From: Catajapyx aquilonaris
Taxonomy: Eukaryota
Length of the DNA stretch: 64,000 bases
Assembly: GCA_000934665.2 (NCBI GenBank)
Contig: JYFJ02000721.1
Span: 1 to 64,000 of the forward strand
Reading direction: 5' to 3'
In this document: positions 38,201 to 52,676 of the stretch, one piece after another
Layout of the letters: each line of letters starts with the position of its first letter
Position numbering within the stretch: the first letter of the stretch is position 1
Notes under the pieces: model-generated
What the model was told of the DNA's origin: nothing
What the model saw: only the letters and a program-made list of their open reading frames with translations
Databases searched by the model: none
Position numbers and translations under genes: made by a program

Positions 38201-41200
38201 AGGGAAGGAATATTCTCTCGTTCACTTATCTAATGGAACTCAAACGGAGACAAAAGGCGGCGGAAAATTTTCGCGTTTGTATCTTACCCTCACTTTTTTT
38301 TGGGTTGGAGATTTAAAAAAACATTTTGATTTGATTCTACTTTTGGGTTCAGTCTTGAAGACAAGAGTGTTCTATCTTGCCTTTTTCATCTGGATGTCTC
38401 CTTGGAGGACGTGCCGCATTTAATTAACGACAGTTTATCTGAAAGCTCTAGACATGTTCAAGGGAGCAACTGACTTGAAGAAAATCTATTCCATTTGGAG
38501 TATTCTGGATTTTCTCTACTTTGGGAAGGGAGGGTCATCTCCCTGTTTATCTCCATTTAAGTGCTATTGGCCAATGGTCCGAAAAAAGGGGTCATTTGCC
38601 ACAGTTATATGGGGGACGAGAAGAAAGACTATTGAGACGTCCCTTGGAATTTCCTTCCTCTTCGCTTCTCGACGCCATTGAGACATTGAGGGGAAAAAAA
38701 GAGGATTTCAGCTGCTGGATAGTGCTGAGAGAATTAAATGGAGGCCTTGTTCTGAATGTGAATGCATGGGTTGGAGGAGCACGCAAATTGGGAGGAAAAA
38801 AGTTAGGTAAAGAATTGTGGCGTTGAGCAGGTCAGGGCTGGACGACCCCATTGTAGTGGGGAAGGAACGAAAGTTTTTAAGCAATGTAAAAGTCTACTTA
38901 TACAAGTACATGGCTGGGCAGCATAAGTTGCTTTATTACATGTAGTTGGTTCAGGTTTGTTTTAACACTTTCCAACAAACTCCGCAACCCATGAAATTAA
39001 TCATCAAGGATGATACACGCGCAGTTAAGCCAGTGTAAATGTTTAACTTACGAGCACACCTACCAAGGGTTGGTCAGCTTGTTTTTAAGGGGGCTCCGTC
39101 TTGAAACTTTTCAACCACTTTATGTTTGGGAGTATTACGCTATAATTGTGCGTAACACTTTGCAATTACAGTACAGTGTGTCAGTAGTTTGCTTACATAA
39201 GATCGCAAAGTTATGCTTTCACTATGCAAGCACACTCGTTGCCCAAATTTTTGTTCAGCTGGTGCAGTACAGATATGTATCGAAAAGGATCCGCGGCCAT
39301 GCTCGAATCCCGCAGATAATTGCAGCTGGTTCGAGGTTTGGAACCGGGGCTTATTTTATTATTCTTTCCATCCTGCGCAACGTGCGCGCCTTTAAAAAGC
39401 TGGACCCAGGTCTTGTTGGTCAACCGCGGCCTGCTCTCCATTACCAATTTTAATTAACCCCCGCATTATTGAACAACAAAATCTGTGTTGACTGGGAAAC
39501 GGCATGTGCATCCCGCATACCTAACGTCGGATAATGATCTGCCCTGCCTTGCATTTTGTATTCAAATATTAACAAACAATTAGCCCCTGGTTGTAAGGCA
39601 TTTAAAAATCCGTACGGACTACTCCAATCCCCAAACCAGATTAACACTAGCGTGATTCGAGTAAACTATTTCTCTTGGCTCATTTTTACAATAAAAAATC
39701 GTGTCTAATCGGATGTTTCGCAGACACTTGAGACTTCAAAATTTCTAATCTGAGTCACTTAGAGGTTTCTTCGATTCGTTGGCGTCTAGGCGGAACTAAT
39801 TTGCGAGACCAAACGGAGTGTGAGAGGCCTGAAGCATCGATATTGTTTATCGGGTTGCTTGAGTGTGGAAAGCAAAGATGGCGGTCCAAAACAGCTGCTT
39901 CGGGCAGGGTGGCAAGATCCACTCGACATTTCCTAACCAAGTGTTCTCCAGGCTTTACAGAAAAGCCAGGGGGCTTCCAGTTCAACTTATTGCCTTTGAG
40001 ATATCACAGCAGGAGGTTTTCCCTTATTCATATCGTTGCACCTAAGGGGATGGTAAAAGACAAACCACACCCTTTGAATTATGCTCTTGCTTCCATATTA
40101 TTTTATACATTGTTGTTTTGAGCTGGGGAGATTGATCATTTTTCATTCTCTGAAGCGCGAGGAGTTGTCGATTTTTATTTCCAGCCCATCAACGCGACTT
40201 GGAACTATTAAAAGGGGAGGTGATAAATGAGGTTTGGAATTATCGGGGTCATAACTCTTTTTTTTACGTATCAAAGATGCCCGTAACTTTTTGGAGAGGG
40301 GGTTATTAATGTTGACCAGTTTTTCGAAGGAATGAGTGATTATACGGGATCCAACTTATTGCAATGTGTGTCGTCGCACGTTTGAAATATATTTTTTTTA
40401 AATTTTTTGTCGAAATTATGTCAATAGAGCAGTGTGCTGATTAATAAGGTCATTATTTCTTCATCAACAAAATGAAAGTCTGTTCATCTGTCATTGTAAC
40501 TTGTCACACAGTTAAAATGTTGGATGGATAACGCGTTAATTTTTTCCTTCGTTGGAAGCCGCAGAGAAAATATTTTAATTAAGCAGAACCAACTCAAAAA
40601 TAGTTCAGGATGCAAATTTTTGACATTTGTGGAAAAGTGGTCCAAATAATATATTATTCGTGGCTGTGTTCAGGTTGCAAAGCTGTGTGAATTTCAACTT
40701 AAAGTCCGCAATCAAATAACAAATTGAAGTTGTGCCGACCATTACTGCGCCATCAGTGGTTTTCCCCTGATGTGTTTCAACGTAATGGAAGCCTCATTTG
40801 AACGTAACTGAAATCTTTTATTATGTTGTTTTTTTAAATGTCTTGTATTTAATATTTAATAGGCATATATCCAGCGTTTGGCCTACGTCTGATGGGGAAA
40901 AAGCATATGGCAATTTCCCTTTTGCATCCATTACATTAGATCACTATTGGCTCAGAAACGATATTTTAGTGGTCTTTTTTTTCTGCGCAGCAAAAAAATA
41001 GCAGTGCAAGCCTCGTCGCCTTTGAAGCCCTCTTGTGTCAGATTATTTCCCGAGAGAGTCATCACGGGAGACTCCAAATTAATCAGCGAGGATTAGGACC
41101 GAATCCCAGGCTTTACCTCCCGAGTCCGAAATAATTTTGTTTGGAAGTGAGATTATCATAACCCAGGATGAAGGCAGAAAATTTTGCGAAACGAGGTGAT

Positions 41201-44200
41201 GCGACCTTAGAGTTGCACACTTTGCTATTTTATAGTAGCCGGAAAACATTTACTGATGTATACTGAAAGCATTGGAAACAAAATTTATCGTATGTCCATT
41301 ACGCCAGTGGCTTTCGGCACGTTTGAGTTACATCAGTGTTGTCGATACCCAGCCTCGCTCTATATATAAAATGGGTAAAGATAACACGTGCGAAAGGACG
41401 CGGAAAAAGTTTGCTTTGTGCACAAAAGTGGTGGTTAGCACTGATGCCATCAATTGAGCTTAATGTAATATTAGTCGAGGTCAATATGTCGGCAATCAGG
41501 TTATTCGATGTAGGAACGTCAATTACTCTACACTATAGACGAAAAGCTGCATTATTAATTCATTTTTCTATAGATACGCAAAAATTTTATGTTGCTTACT
41601 GCGCCTCACTTTACGTAAGCTCGATAAGTGCGCAAAAATATAATAATTCAATCATGCTATGCCGCACAATGCTGTGTGGTCCATCAAGTGCATTTTCATC
41701 AATAATTTTTTTTAATTACAAATTTTGAATTGCAAATGATAAAGCAATATTGAATGATATAGTCTATTGTGCGTGTTCGATGCTGGCCACCAGGATTATA
41801 CTGGGGACGCATAACAAGTAATACTGTATGAATTGAGTACTTTGTGTAACTCCCTGTGGACATCCGTGCCTTACATAGCAATATAATTATAACAAATTTC
41901 GGGTTTTAATCACACCTGAACATTGTTTTTAATTTAATTAATATCATCCCAAGTTTCTGCGGGAAAATACGCAGGTGCTTTGACATAAATGGACGTCGAC
42001 CGGGTGTTTTCCGAGCTGCCGGATAACCTAAAGTGCTGAAAAGACGAAGCTCTAATTTGGGGACGTGACAGGGTTGGTGAAGGTGCCAAATTAAAAGATT
42101 ACATAGGACCTAATTGAGTTTTAGAGGGAAGCATATATATACTGTCCGTCGCTTTCTTACAACCTTGCTTCAATGAGAGATCAATTGACTGTGTTGGGCT
42201 GGGCTGGCTGATTAAACAGCTCTCATTATACGGAGCCAAAGGTAGTTAGAGGAATCCGTGAGGGAATTTGTTAATTGTTGGAATTGCGAGGGGGGAACTG
42301 AGATTCGGGGGGGGGGGGCAGGCATCAATTATTGTGGTGTTTTATATGATGTCANGTTTTATATGATGTGACAGACGTCAACTGCAGGCTTACACTAATT
42401 TTCGTTACGCTAATTGAGAAAGAGGGGGTGGCGGTACAACATTTATGGACAATTATGCAGAAATGCTTGTATCTTAAGAAATTATTTTCTGCTTCTATAA
42501 TTGGGTGTTGTACTTACAAAAGGCGGCTTAGCTTTTGTGAATGTGACATCTGATAAAAAGTTTATAATTGGATTGCACCGAGTGAATTGCGGATTCTGTG
42601 CAAAAAAAATGCATGCCCGTTGTGAATCTTCAGAGCTGTGCCATTAAGGTGATTATTATGCCTCGTTTATTATCGACGCGTAACCTTCGCGAAACTGTTG
42701 CAATACTCCAAGCCTCTCAACTTGTTGCTACAAAAAGTTAAGCGTGTTTCAAGATCAGTTTATGAAAGCATGCGCTGGGATGACAAAAAAAAAAAGTTGA
42801 CATTGTTCACTCTTGTCAAAATGTTTGCTCTAGTGTTGAAGAGGCGTACGTTGTATAACATGCCTCTGATGCCGTAAAGGTGCATTAACACTGTGCTTAA
42901 TAATTATATGTATTGTACGTAGGAGCCATTTCCCCCGCCACATTGCTGCTAATCCTATTAGTTTACAAAGAGTATACTGTATAGTGTAATGTTGTCGAGC
43001 AGTCATGAAGAGACTCAGCCTTGAGACGCGACACAAAGTTTAACACAAACAGAATCTTACAACACCTCCACAATCCCTGTATTGCCTGTCCTTTCCGAAC
43101 ACTTCTCGAGTCGTAAAAAATAATACCACCTCGGTGCAATATACTCTCGGTTCGAACCTTAGGTTCATTACTAATATGGCGCAGTTCCGACACCTGTTAC
43201 TGGAGCCGTCATGTTCATTACTGTCGTCGTTAAAGACGGCCACTCCGCCTTGATTACTGATAACACTGATTAGTACTTGGAACCAATCCTTTTGGACTGT
43301 GTGCTTTTCTCTCTCAGGTCGCTCCGGATATTTCTGGTCCGGAGTTGACATTCGGCTCGTAAACACGGTCCGGACAAACCGTTCTGATAATTATGATCCG
43401 GACATATAACCTTGGTGCGCCTATACAACGAGTTTCGTTATATTTCAACAACTATTTGAGATGAAAAGTGTAAAGGTCATAAGTGATCTCCGGAACCTCC
43501 TTACCGAAATAACCCCTTCAATTCTATTTTATTAAAAGGAAAATGTAGAGATGAAAATATGCATTGGATATGGCGCCACATTTAATTCCAGACGTTGCCG
43601 TGTCTCTTGATGAGTACTAGGCAACCCCCGCAGCTTCATTGTTATAGGACAGGGCACAAAAGGACTGCAAAGCCGATTATATAGGACCAAGCGAGTAGTC
43701 TCTAAAAGGATTCACTGCGCCGAGGTATTACTTCGTATCTACCTCCGCTTTATGTGTGGAAACCGTATGATTGTGACAGGGGAAAAAAAATTGGAAAATG
43801 ACACCAGATTCAATTATTGCTGGCGGGGGAGATATTTTTGGCAGTTTCGCTGCTCCGAAACTAGTATTATTGCAGGTTATATTGCCAGGAATGTCTGCAG
43901 CACCTAATTACGTATTTTCACTGTTGCAATATTCATTACTTTTGGGGTAAGTAGAAAAATAGTTTATCTGTATAATTATTCGGAGGTTGTGGCAGGCGAT
44001 ATTATACATAATTGCTATTTTGTTGCTTGTTTTATTACCATAACATTGTTCAAATTTCAACATTATATCTATTTAAAATTAAAGTAATATTATCGTAAAT
44101 GAAACTTTCCTATATACAACATTAAGACATCGCAGTTCTCCAGATAAATATTGTTTCAAAAAATAAGGAAATATAATATTGAAGCCACTTCCCTTCTCTT

Positions 44201-47200
44201 TGATTTTAATGTCACGAACATGTGCACTTTTGTTAGTCAAACAGACTTTTCTCCAGCGGAAGTTTGTAAACTTTTTAATGCAACTTCCGTCAGGATGTTT
44301 TATCTTTTGATGCATGAAAAACACTTCCTGTTGCCACAAGCTAAGTCGGATGGTACTTGATCGATTGGTATTTGCCTTTTTCTTGCCAATCCAAAAAGCA
44401 TCTAGCTGAATCTATATTATTTTAATATTTCTTTTGTGTCAATTGAGGTTATTGGGGATTCTCAAACTCAAAGTGCAGTTTGATGCCCAGAACCCCTACA
44501 ATAAAGGTGTGGCATTAAAAATAAAATATTTTAAAATAAATTCTGTAATAGATTATTTTGCACTAATCTTATCATCGTTTCAACATGGGAAATCTTTCGT
44601 TACATAATATGTGAAGCTCTTCACTCACACTATAATCTTGACGGTTAATCAGTCAATATCAGTCCTTTGGAGACACTCCAGTCCAACCGTGCATTCCAGC
44701 CACTGCAAAGTGTCTCATTCAATTTCGCCAATTTTTAAAGACTCGTCTATCTATACAGTATATGATGTTGAAATGAATGGATGCCACGATGAATGCAGGG
44801 GAAAATGATCGATCAAGCAGCAGTCCTACTCAGCTGACGTACCTTTTTTGTGAGCCCGTTCAACATCATCTGCCTCTCTTTCAAGTAGCGATTCACTAGA
44901 ACCCCTCATCATAGAGTATATGTCCAATTATTTTGAATAACATATGCCCTTGAAATATTTCGGTCGTCCACATGGAGTAATATTTCTCAGATAATGTCAT
45001 TTCTATCAGCACTGCTTGCGCTATGGTATTTACTTCCATGAATAAGTTCGGTCCACAATTTGTTAGACTATTAAAAGACATAACTATACACTACGAGCGT
45101 CATTTCACTAGTTGTCTCGATTGTTAATTGGCGCTGCCACATAAAATTTACGTGGGCAGAGCTGACGATCGATAATTCTTGGTCACTTTTTAAATATAAA
45201 ACGTGGTGTGCTGATAACCTACAAATCTGAATGCCTGTAATTTCCGACCCAAGTTGGAGCACGAAAAATAATTGCCCACCGTATATTACATGGAGTGGTA
45301 ACCAAAAAATTATATGGAATTATCTTTGTAAAATTAGGGGAATATTAGTAAGTTTGAGAAGACTTACAATACCGGTTATTAAAATGGTGATGACTGTCCT
45401 TCGTACTAATTTTTTTTACAGCGATGCTTTACAAGGAATGGGTTGGGCCATAGTTTCATTTATAGACACTGCTCGATCAAACTTTGCTCTATAGATTATG
45501 GCCTAGAGAAACTTGGTCGTGAATCTTACTCTCTGATTGCTTACAGTTTCCGTTGCGGATAACAGTATTAAACCATTTAATATTTTAACAGCGACCTCGT
45601 GGGATCACGTTATGCAATGAACAAGATGAACTAATGGTAATTCATGGCATGTTTATAAAAATAATATAATAAAAGTATCCGAGAAAATTGAATCTTTGTG
45701 TGGGCAGTTTTACTTTAGAGTCATTACGACATTATTATTGCATGGTGTATTGTTGATCAATGGATTCAGATTGGCAGGTTTGTTGAGACATGTATTCCCT
45801 TGGGGGTTCTAGGCAGTAGTCACGGCGTAAAATCGAATTACTTAGAGCCGAGTTTTAGCCGCGAGCTAAGCTTCGCTTTCACAGTCAACATCCAAGTTCA
45901 ATCGACGACCTTCCAAGATACGTGATGGAAACCAGTCAAATTTCATGATATGATGCCAGGAAACGACATTAAAATTATCATATCGCACTTAAAAAGGCCA
46001 GTGTTGGAGGCGCTTGCTCGATGTGTTTTTGGTGTTTTTAGTCGCATCTTTTACATTTATAATTGAAAGCTGGGCACGCTGAACGAGCAGGGTGGAAAAG
46101 GATTGGGGCTGTGGATTAGGGTTTAAACTGAATGAGAAATAAAGCACGTTCAGGGAACTAACTGACGTCATTCTGTTTCCGTCATGGAAAAAAAAACCAT
46201 GTAGTTTTATGCAAGTGTCCCAGGTTTACAAGAACCAACAGGTGCTAAAATTCTGGCATTGAACGATCCATCGGTGTTGGTTATAATGTCTCATTAGTCT
46301 CATTAATTTAATTAACCCACGCACATACACCTACACAATTAATTAAAAATGACTATTGCAAATCGAGCCAATATGATGAATATAATGTGATCATGTGCAT
46401 TATTAGCCATAAGTTCCAGATAATTCCATTGTAATTAACCTCTTCGCCAGGTCACATGTATTGTATAAAGTTTCACCTACTTTTGTTGAGTTAACAACCC
46501 GAGGAGAATTACTTCGCAAAAAAAAATTTGCTCAACATGAGGCTGAGTTTGTGAAATGGTCAGGCTGTGGTATCAGGCAAAAGGGCAAGTTCACACGAGT
46601 CATGTGTTACACTTACCAGGAATTACTGTTTTCCACCCACACTAGCTTCTCAGAGTAAAGGTTAAAGTTGGTTTGCAATTATGTCGCGAAAATAATGCCA
46701 ATTAACAAGAAATCCATGTTTCTCGCTCATATCTGTCAAATTGGAGCATCTTGTTTATAATGCGATATCAACGAAAAGGCTTACATAATTATGTACAGTA
46801 CGTCTAACTGCGCACTAGGAATATTATGTAAAACGTCCAGTAATTACTTCCCATGTCTATTTGGGGAGTATTGGAAGAGTAATTATGCTGCATTTATTGC
46901 CGTTGTGAGGGCAGAAGGACGCATTTATGTAATGAACGTTTGCGAAGTTGATGAATAGGCCTGTGAAAACTTCAGACATAACTATCCATTACGAGAGCTT
47001 ACTGGGGAGTAAATGCGGTTAGCCTCGATTAGAGCAAGTGGTTCCATGGTTGCGTAATGGAGAGAGGGTTAATCGTAGAAGCATCAGGAGGATCTGCATA
47101 TACAAGACGGTTTTGCAAAGGAAAAGGATGGACAATAATTATTGTGTCTTATCATATATTGCTGCAAAAATTAGCATCATTTTTATTAACCTTACATGTC

Positions 47201-50200
47201 AGATGCTTGTGGCGTAAGTTATTTCAGAAGTTTGCCTAATATTTTTGGTCCGATTGTTCAGTGTGCAAAAATGTGCGATTTCACTAAAAATGGTCATGCT
47301 GTGGAACAAGTCGTTTAATTTTTGCGCTACATGTCTTGTGACGTAATGCACATTGTTACATGGCGCAGGCGTCAGATCGATCGCAAAATCATGGATGAAG
47401 TTGAACGTATATTGTGCAGATGGCGGGTGTTCCTGCGTGTTGAGAGTTGAAACTGGTGGAATCTGCAACAGATGGCAGAAAATGGCTGGTAGGAAAATTT
47501 TTGCGCTAATCTGAAAGCGGCTACAAAATTCGCAATTAGTGCGCCCAATTGTGCCAAAAATGCTTATCTTGCAGAATAAAAAAGAAAGGCGTTTGCACGT
47601 TGCAATTTCTTTATCCTGTCAAGTACAATTAGACTACTTGGCCTTAAGGGAAAAACCTGAGCCTTGGCACGAAAAGCCTGGGAATAATTCACTTGAGTAT
47701 GTGGCTCGTAATGACATCAATGCTAATGGACTAGAGTAAATTACGCCCACCTCTTTCTATTCCTCTCATCTCATAACCGCGAACCCGTGCCTCCAAAATC
47801 GTTCGCATAAGGCTCCCTCAACCAACCGTGCTTGAAAACGACGGTAATCTTCATTTGCATACGAGTTAGGTCTGGGGGAAAATGGATTAGATCTTGGCTT
47901 CATATTACGGCTCACCTGCAGTGAAAATGGACTTCATTTTGCACCGCATCAAAACCTACGACATTGTCAATGTTTTAACGAAATTTTTGAAGATGTTTGA
48001 ATAAAGACGGGGGCTCTTTATAATGGAACCCCCTGTACGATCCGTGGGAGGCTGAAATCTAATGAAATTCGAGTCCCACTCACAGGGGCCCCAAAGGTGT
48101 CTACTCCATTTCTTGCTTTCACTTTGTAGTTACCATGACACTGGTTCTAATAAAAGTTGGATGACACTGAGGAGTCGCCGAAAAAAGCATGGAGCTTCGT
48201 TCCACCAATAGAGACACCTTTTTCACACTTGACTTGTCAACAAGAATAAATATTAATATATTTTTTTTGCTATACCTTTACTTCCAATACATGCCAAAAG
48301 TAGTTCAGAAACATCTTGTAACTTGTCCTATTTGAGTAATGGTTTGGTAGAAACTTATTGTTGACATATTGACACATATGGCATGGAAAGAATGGGGAAT
48401 ATACAACGTAATCTCCATGATGGCTTTTCCTTGTTGTTCAGCTTCTGTAGAAAACCCCTTAGCAAAGCAGGAAAAAGAACCTGATTTTTTTTTGCTGAAA
48501 GAGATTATACTGTGGTGGTACAGGCTACACAGAAAGTCTCAAAATCCCTCAAGTGCCATTGAGGTTAAAGAAGGTCATATCTCGCAAATCCTACTCGTTT
48601 TCAGCCTCTTAAAGGAAGGCTGTAACTTTGCCATATAGGTAATGAGCCTTTTGGAGCGCCATCTCCAAACAAATTTTGCAAAAAATGACCAACAATCAGT
48701 GAAAGCGCAATCAATCAATAATTGGGGACTACTATCCATCTAATAGTCTCTCTAATAGTCCTTACTACTCTGGGTGCAGTCAATTGGGGAGGCGCTTTAT
48801 GATCCAATTTCCTGTCCTGCCCCTGCCACGTTTAATAACACGGGATGGGGTTCCACTTATGCATATTTAAATCCCTAATCTCAGGCATTTGAGCTGGATG
48901 CGTTTGGACAGCTTCAAAAACAACTCGTTCAGCTTCACTGCGCTATCTGTGTATATATACTGCACTGGTTTTGAACCATTTTGGGAGTGGGGGTATCCCA
49001 AAACTGGTCCAATCAAGTGGAGCATTCGGTCGTGACAACGCCATGAAACAAGCCGGTTCAAGTCGACTAGATGATCAACTCTGGGAACTTGTTAACAAGT
49101 GCGGTACATTGCGCGGAAAAGATTTTGGTAGAGTAAGCCCTGCCTATTCTAGGTAGAATTTTTTTAAAAAAATAATTGTCCGAAACTTCCACTATTGGAT
49201 TGTGGCCTGCATTGCCCAATTGCATATACCCCAAGCTTCATTAACACCACGAATTTGAAGTGGAAACACGCAATATCCGATATTAATTAATAATATATTT
49301 TAATTAATGATTGGAACCTAATTTTGTTCTAATTGCACACCATTACCTGTAATTATTGTGACAACTCATACACTTTAATATGAAAAATATTATGTTCGTG
49401 TGTGCGTTGCAAAAAAAAAAAAAAATATGGTGCATGTTATATTGCTGTACTGAACGTGTGACAACCACACAGTTTTCACAACTTGCCACAAAATTCGAAG
49501 CACCGGATATGTTGCACTTTGTCAGCTTTTAACTCCCACTCTCCATATTTATACAAGTATGGCGACAAGTGCTGCTTGTTTGCCCACCACATGTTTGTTT
49601 CGGAATTATGACACCTCCGGGGGGATTGGATCCAACAATCGGGATGGGCTTCCAATTTAAATAACACGTTGCCGTTTTTTGGTTAATTGGTCGCTCCAAA
49701 GTAGTTAACAAATAATCGGACTATAAAGAGAGAACCTTCCTTCCACACACCAAATGGCATATACTGGTTTAAAATAATTATTATCCACTCTATATTGCAA
49801 TCATCATAATTACCCGGTTGCATGCTATTACCCCCCTTCCATATCAGGTTCGAACCAATTCAATAGGACATTCAATCCCTGTATTGTACAATATTTAATT
49901 CCTGTCGTTGTGACATCCGTTTATTAATTAGAGTATAAAAGTAAAGGCAAATCATTTGCACTGCTTTTCAATGGTGACGATTGAACGAGTTGATAGTAAC
50001 TTATCGTCAGTTTCCGATGCTGGAAAGGGCAATGTAATACATACATTTTGCGCCATACTGTAGTGTAGCAGTTAATTGCGGAATGTTTGATCAATCCCTA
50101 TGTGTGACACTTGAACAGTTGTTAGAATTTTTGTAATTATGTTAGAAAGTCCGATAACTGAAATGTGTTCAATTAAAAAACCAGTGCAAACCTTTCGCAT

Positions 50201-51474
50201 CTTCTCTTCAGCGTGAATATCAGTGCTTTGCTGTGACGTCTTTTGCGAGCACTTTCTTTCAATCCTTAGCTCTCTTTTTTTTCATTTCGAATTAAAACCG
50301 CACGTCCAGTGTCCTGCCAGCTGGTAATCCCAAAGGCGTACATCATGAAATTTCATATCCTCCCCCAGTTTCTCCCTTTATCCGGCTCCACCATAACACA
50401 CTCTATATGAGAAACACATCCGAAATGCAGAGTGCAGGAGGCTTTTGGAGTGGATGAGATTTTGCAAAAAGTGAGCGTCAGTCGGCCTCTAATCCAGGAA
50501 CCGCAGGGATTTTCACTGATGCTTTTCAAGATGTTTCTACGCCCGTGTGTGTCTGACATGCCATAAACCCACCTCTCCATTCGCCGAAACATTTCCCACA
50601 GACACAGGGACACTATTCTTTGTGAAAACGCCTTACCTTGTGTGTGTATGGCAAGCTTGCAGCTGTGGAAGCTTCCGGCTGCAGTCTGGAAAACGGATTT
50701 TGTCTCTTTATGGAATTGATTCTTTATACAGGAAGAAGCTGGCTTTTCCTGCCGGGCATAACATAGAGTGCAGTGCCTTTTGAGGTTCAATGAGGCTAAG
50801 CTGCGGTATTTAAGTAAGAACTTCACACCTGAATTTGGGACAAGGACGAAACCTCTCATTGTCCGGATCCTTTAATGTACAAGCGGCTGACTTACCTGTG
50901 GACAGCAGTCCAAGAGAGTAGGCCTGTATGAAAAATAATGAATTTATGGGTTTAAAAATATTTATTTGCGTCATACATTTTTTTTCAACAGCAACTAAGT
51001 AATTTGTGGTATCGTTTTTTAATTGGCCTAATAGGTGGTTGCCCATATGTAATGGCGAGTAATAATTTCATGGCTAAAGAAATTGCGGGATAGATCTGAT
51101 GATATCATCACAGTTAACGTCTTCTCTCCTGTATTAAAGTTCATTACAATATGCGCTCGTTTGGATTAGTGCAACATGGTCCACGTTACAAATGATCTAT
51201 CTATATATAATGATAATGATTTAATGGCATGATGGCGGAAATTTCAGACTCTGGGTAATCAAAGCAGAATAACTGGTTCGTTTATATTTACGGCGACACT
51301 GAATTACATAGAGTAAGTTATATTTTTTTATACATAAGACACCTTTAATGCTTATACCGTTAGGTCTTCCTTTTTTTATCTTCAAAAAAATGAATACGTA
51401 CATGAACAGTTCTACGCATATTTTAATTCAGTATAATAATTATCTCGAATGATTACAAAGGAAATTACAATTTT

Positions 51475-51480
51475 TTTATT
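51475..51480 (-). terminator. Candidate polyadenylation signal of AstA
   Basis: AATAAA on the - strand about 315 nt after the stop codon, followed by a U-rich stretch. Confidence 0.4.
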
Positions 51481-51794
51481 GACACAGATCTTCAGATTAC
51501 AGGCACTGTTTGATCATAATAATTTGACACCTGCAGAACAAAAAAAAGGTGCTAAGGACGCTGTAATTTGATGACCCGCTAAAAAATAAACATCTGATGA
51601 ACCACCCCCTCCCTTTACTTTCACATATTTTTTTTGGTTAAATTTTAAACATCGGGAAGAAGGTAAGTTCAAGCCTCATATCTCTTTTTTAGAAAGTTTG
51701 GAATGACATCATAATATTTTTTTTGTATGGTTGGCGTGGGAATGAAAAGTCGAGAGAAAAAAGCTAGGTCGGTGTGTATTATTTTCTTTTTGAA

Positions 51795-52676
51795 TCATTG
51801 CGACATTCCTTCAGACTTCTTCCCCATACCGAAACTGTACTGCTTCGGCCTTTTCCCCAACCCAAAATCGTAGGCTTTCTTTCCCAACCCGAAGCTGTAA
51901 GGTGACCTCCTCTTGACCTCAGCCTGGTTATCCGCCTCTTGTCTAACCTCCTCCATCTCGGACGGGTTCACCTCTCTCTTGTCCTCTGCGTCCTCCTCAT
52001 CTTCCTCTTCCATGCTGCGTTTTCCCAACCCGAAGCTGAATCTTTGCGAGTTGTAATCCGGACGTTTTCCAAGCCCGAACCCATACATCCTTTCTCTTTT
52101 GCCAAGACCGAACCCATACATGGGTGCCCTTTTGCCCAACCCGAATGAGTACATCTGAGGTGATCTTTTCCCCAATCCGAAGCTGTACGCACGTCTTTTT
52201 CCGAGACCAAAAGCGTATTTAGGAGCTCTCTTGTCCTCTTCCTGGGAGTTGTTGTCATCCCAATCTTCGTACTCGGACGTGTCTCGTTTTCCGAGTCCGA
52301 ACGAGTACATTTCTTTAGGACGCTTACCCATCGCAGGGTATCCGTAGTCTTGGTTGACCCGCTTTCCAAGTCCGAATGAGTACATCTGTGGTCGTTTTCC
52401 TAGGCCGAAGCTGTAGGCCATCTTGTTCCCGCGTTTGCCTAGTCCGAAGTTGTAGACCGGAAGTCGCTTGTAACTTGAGACGTATGAGTAGGCTCGTTTG
52501 TCCAGGTCGGATGGGTAGGGCAGCTGCTGGAGGTCATCGTCTGGGTCGTCCATTAGCTCCACTGGCAGGACAGAGGAGGCGGACGAGGTAGGGGATGGGA
52601 CACTGGAGACAACCACGCTGCTCCAGTACAGCCATACCGACAGCAGAAGCAGGCTTCGGCAGCCCGCTGGAATCAT
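51795..52676 (-). CDS. AstA: Allatostatin-A (FGL-amide) precursor, 293 aa, single coding exon
   Basis: Acceptor TTCTCTCCTTTCAG| with the exon starting at 52681; GCC-ATG at 52676. Signal peptide MIPAGCRSLLLLSVWLYWSSVVVS. 13 (Y/F)xFG(L/M)-G-K(R/K) units including AYSYVSSYKRLPVYNFGL, separated by acidic spacers. Stop TGA at 51797-51795. Confidence 0.97.
   Translation of the reverse strand: MIPAGCRSLLLLSVWLYWSSVVVSSVPSPTSSASSVLPVELMDDPDDDLQQLPYPSDLDKRAYSYVSSYKRLPVYNFGLGKRGNKMAYSFGLGKRPQMYSFGLGKRVNQDYGYPAMGKRPKEMYSFGLGKRDTSEYEDWDDNNSQEEDKRAPKYAFGLGKRRAYSFGLGKRSPQMYSFGLGKRAPMYGFGLGKRERMYGFGLGKRPDYNSQRFSFGLGKRSMEEEDEEDAEDKREVNPSEMEEVRQEADNQAEVKRRSPYSFGLGKKAYDFGLGKRPKQYSFGMGKKSEGMSQ

Noticed and set aside
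42338..42373. Short direct duplication GTTTTATATGATGT around an N
   Set aside because: It straddles an ambiguous base at 42355 (another N is at 9856 in a G run); likely an assembly join artefact.
43120..43165. tRNA-like GGTTCGAACC (similar motif near 11805)
   Set aside because: No cloverleaf, acceptor stem or A-box could be built.
32300..51400. A third neuropeptide gene (e.g. AstC) between AstB and AstA
   Set aside because: No signal peptide + dibasic/amidation pattern or PISCF-like motif was found in the ORF track or by eye. Very small exons cannot be excluded without RNA-seq.
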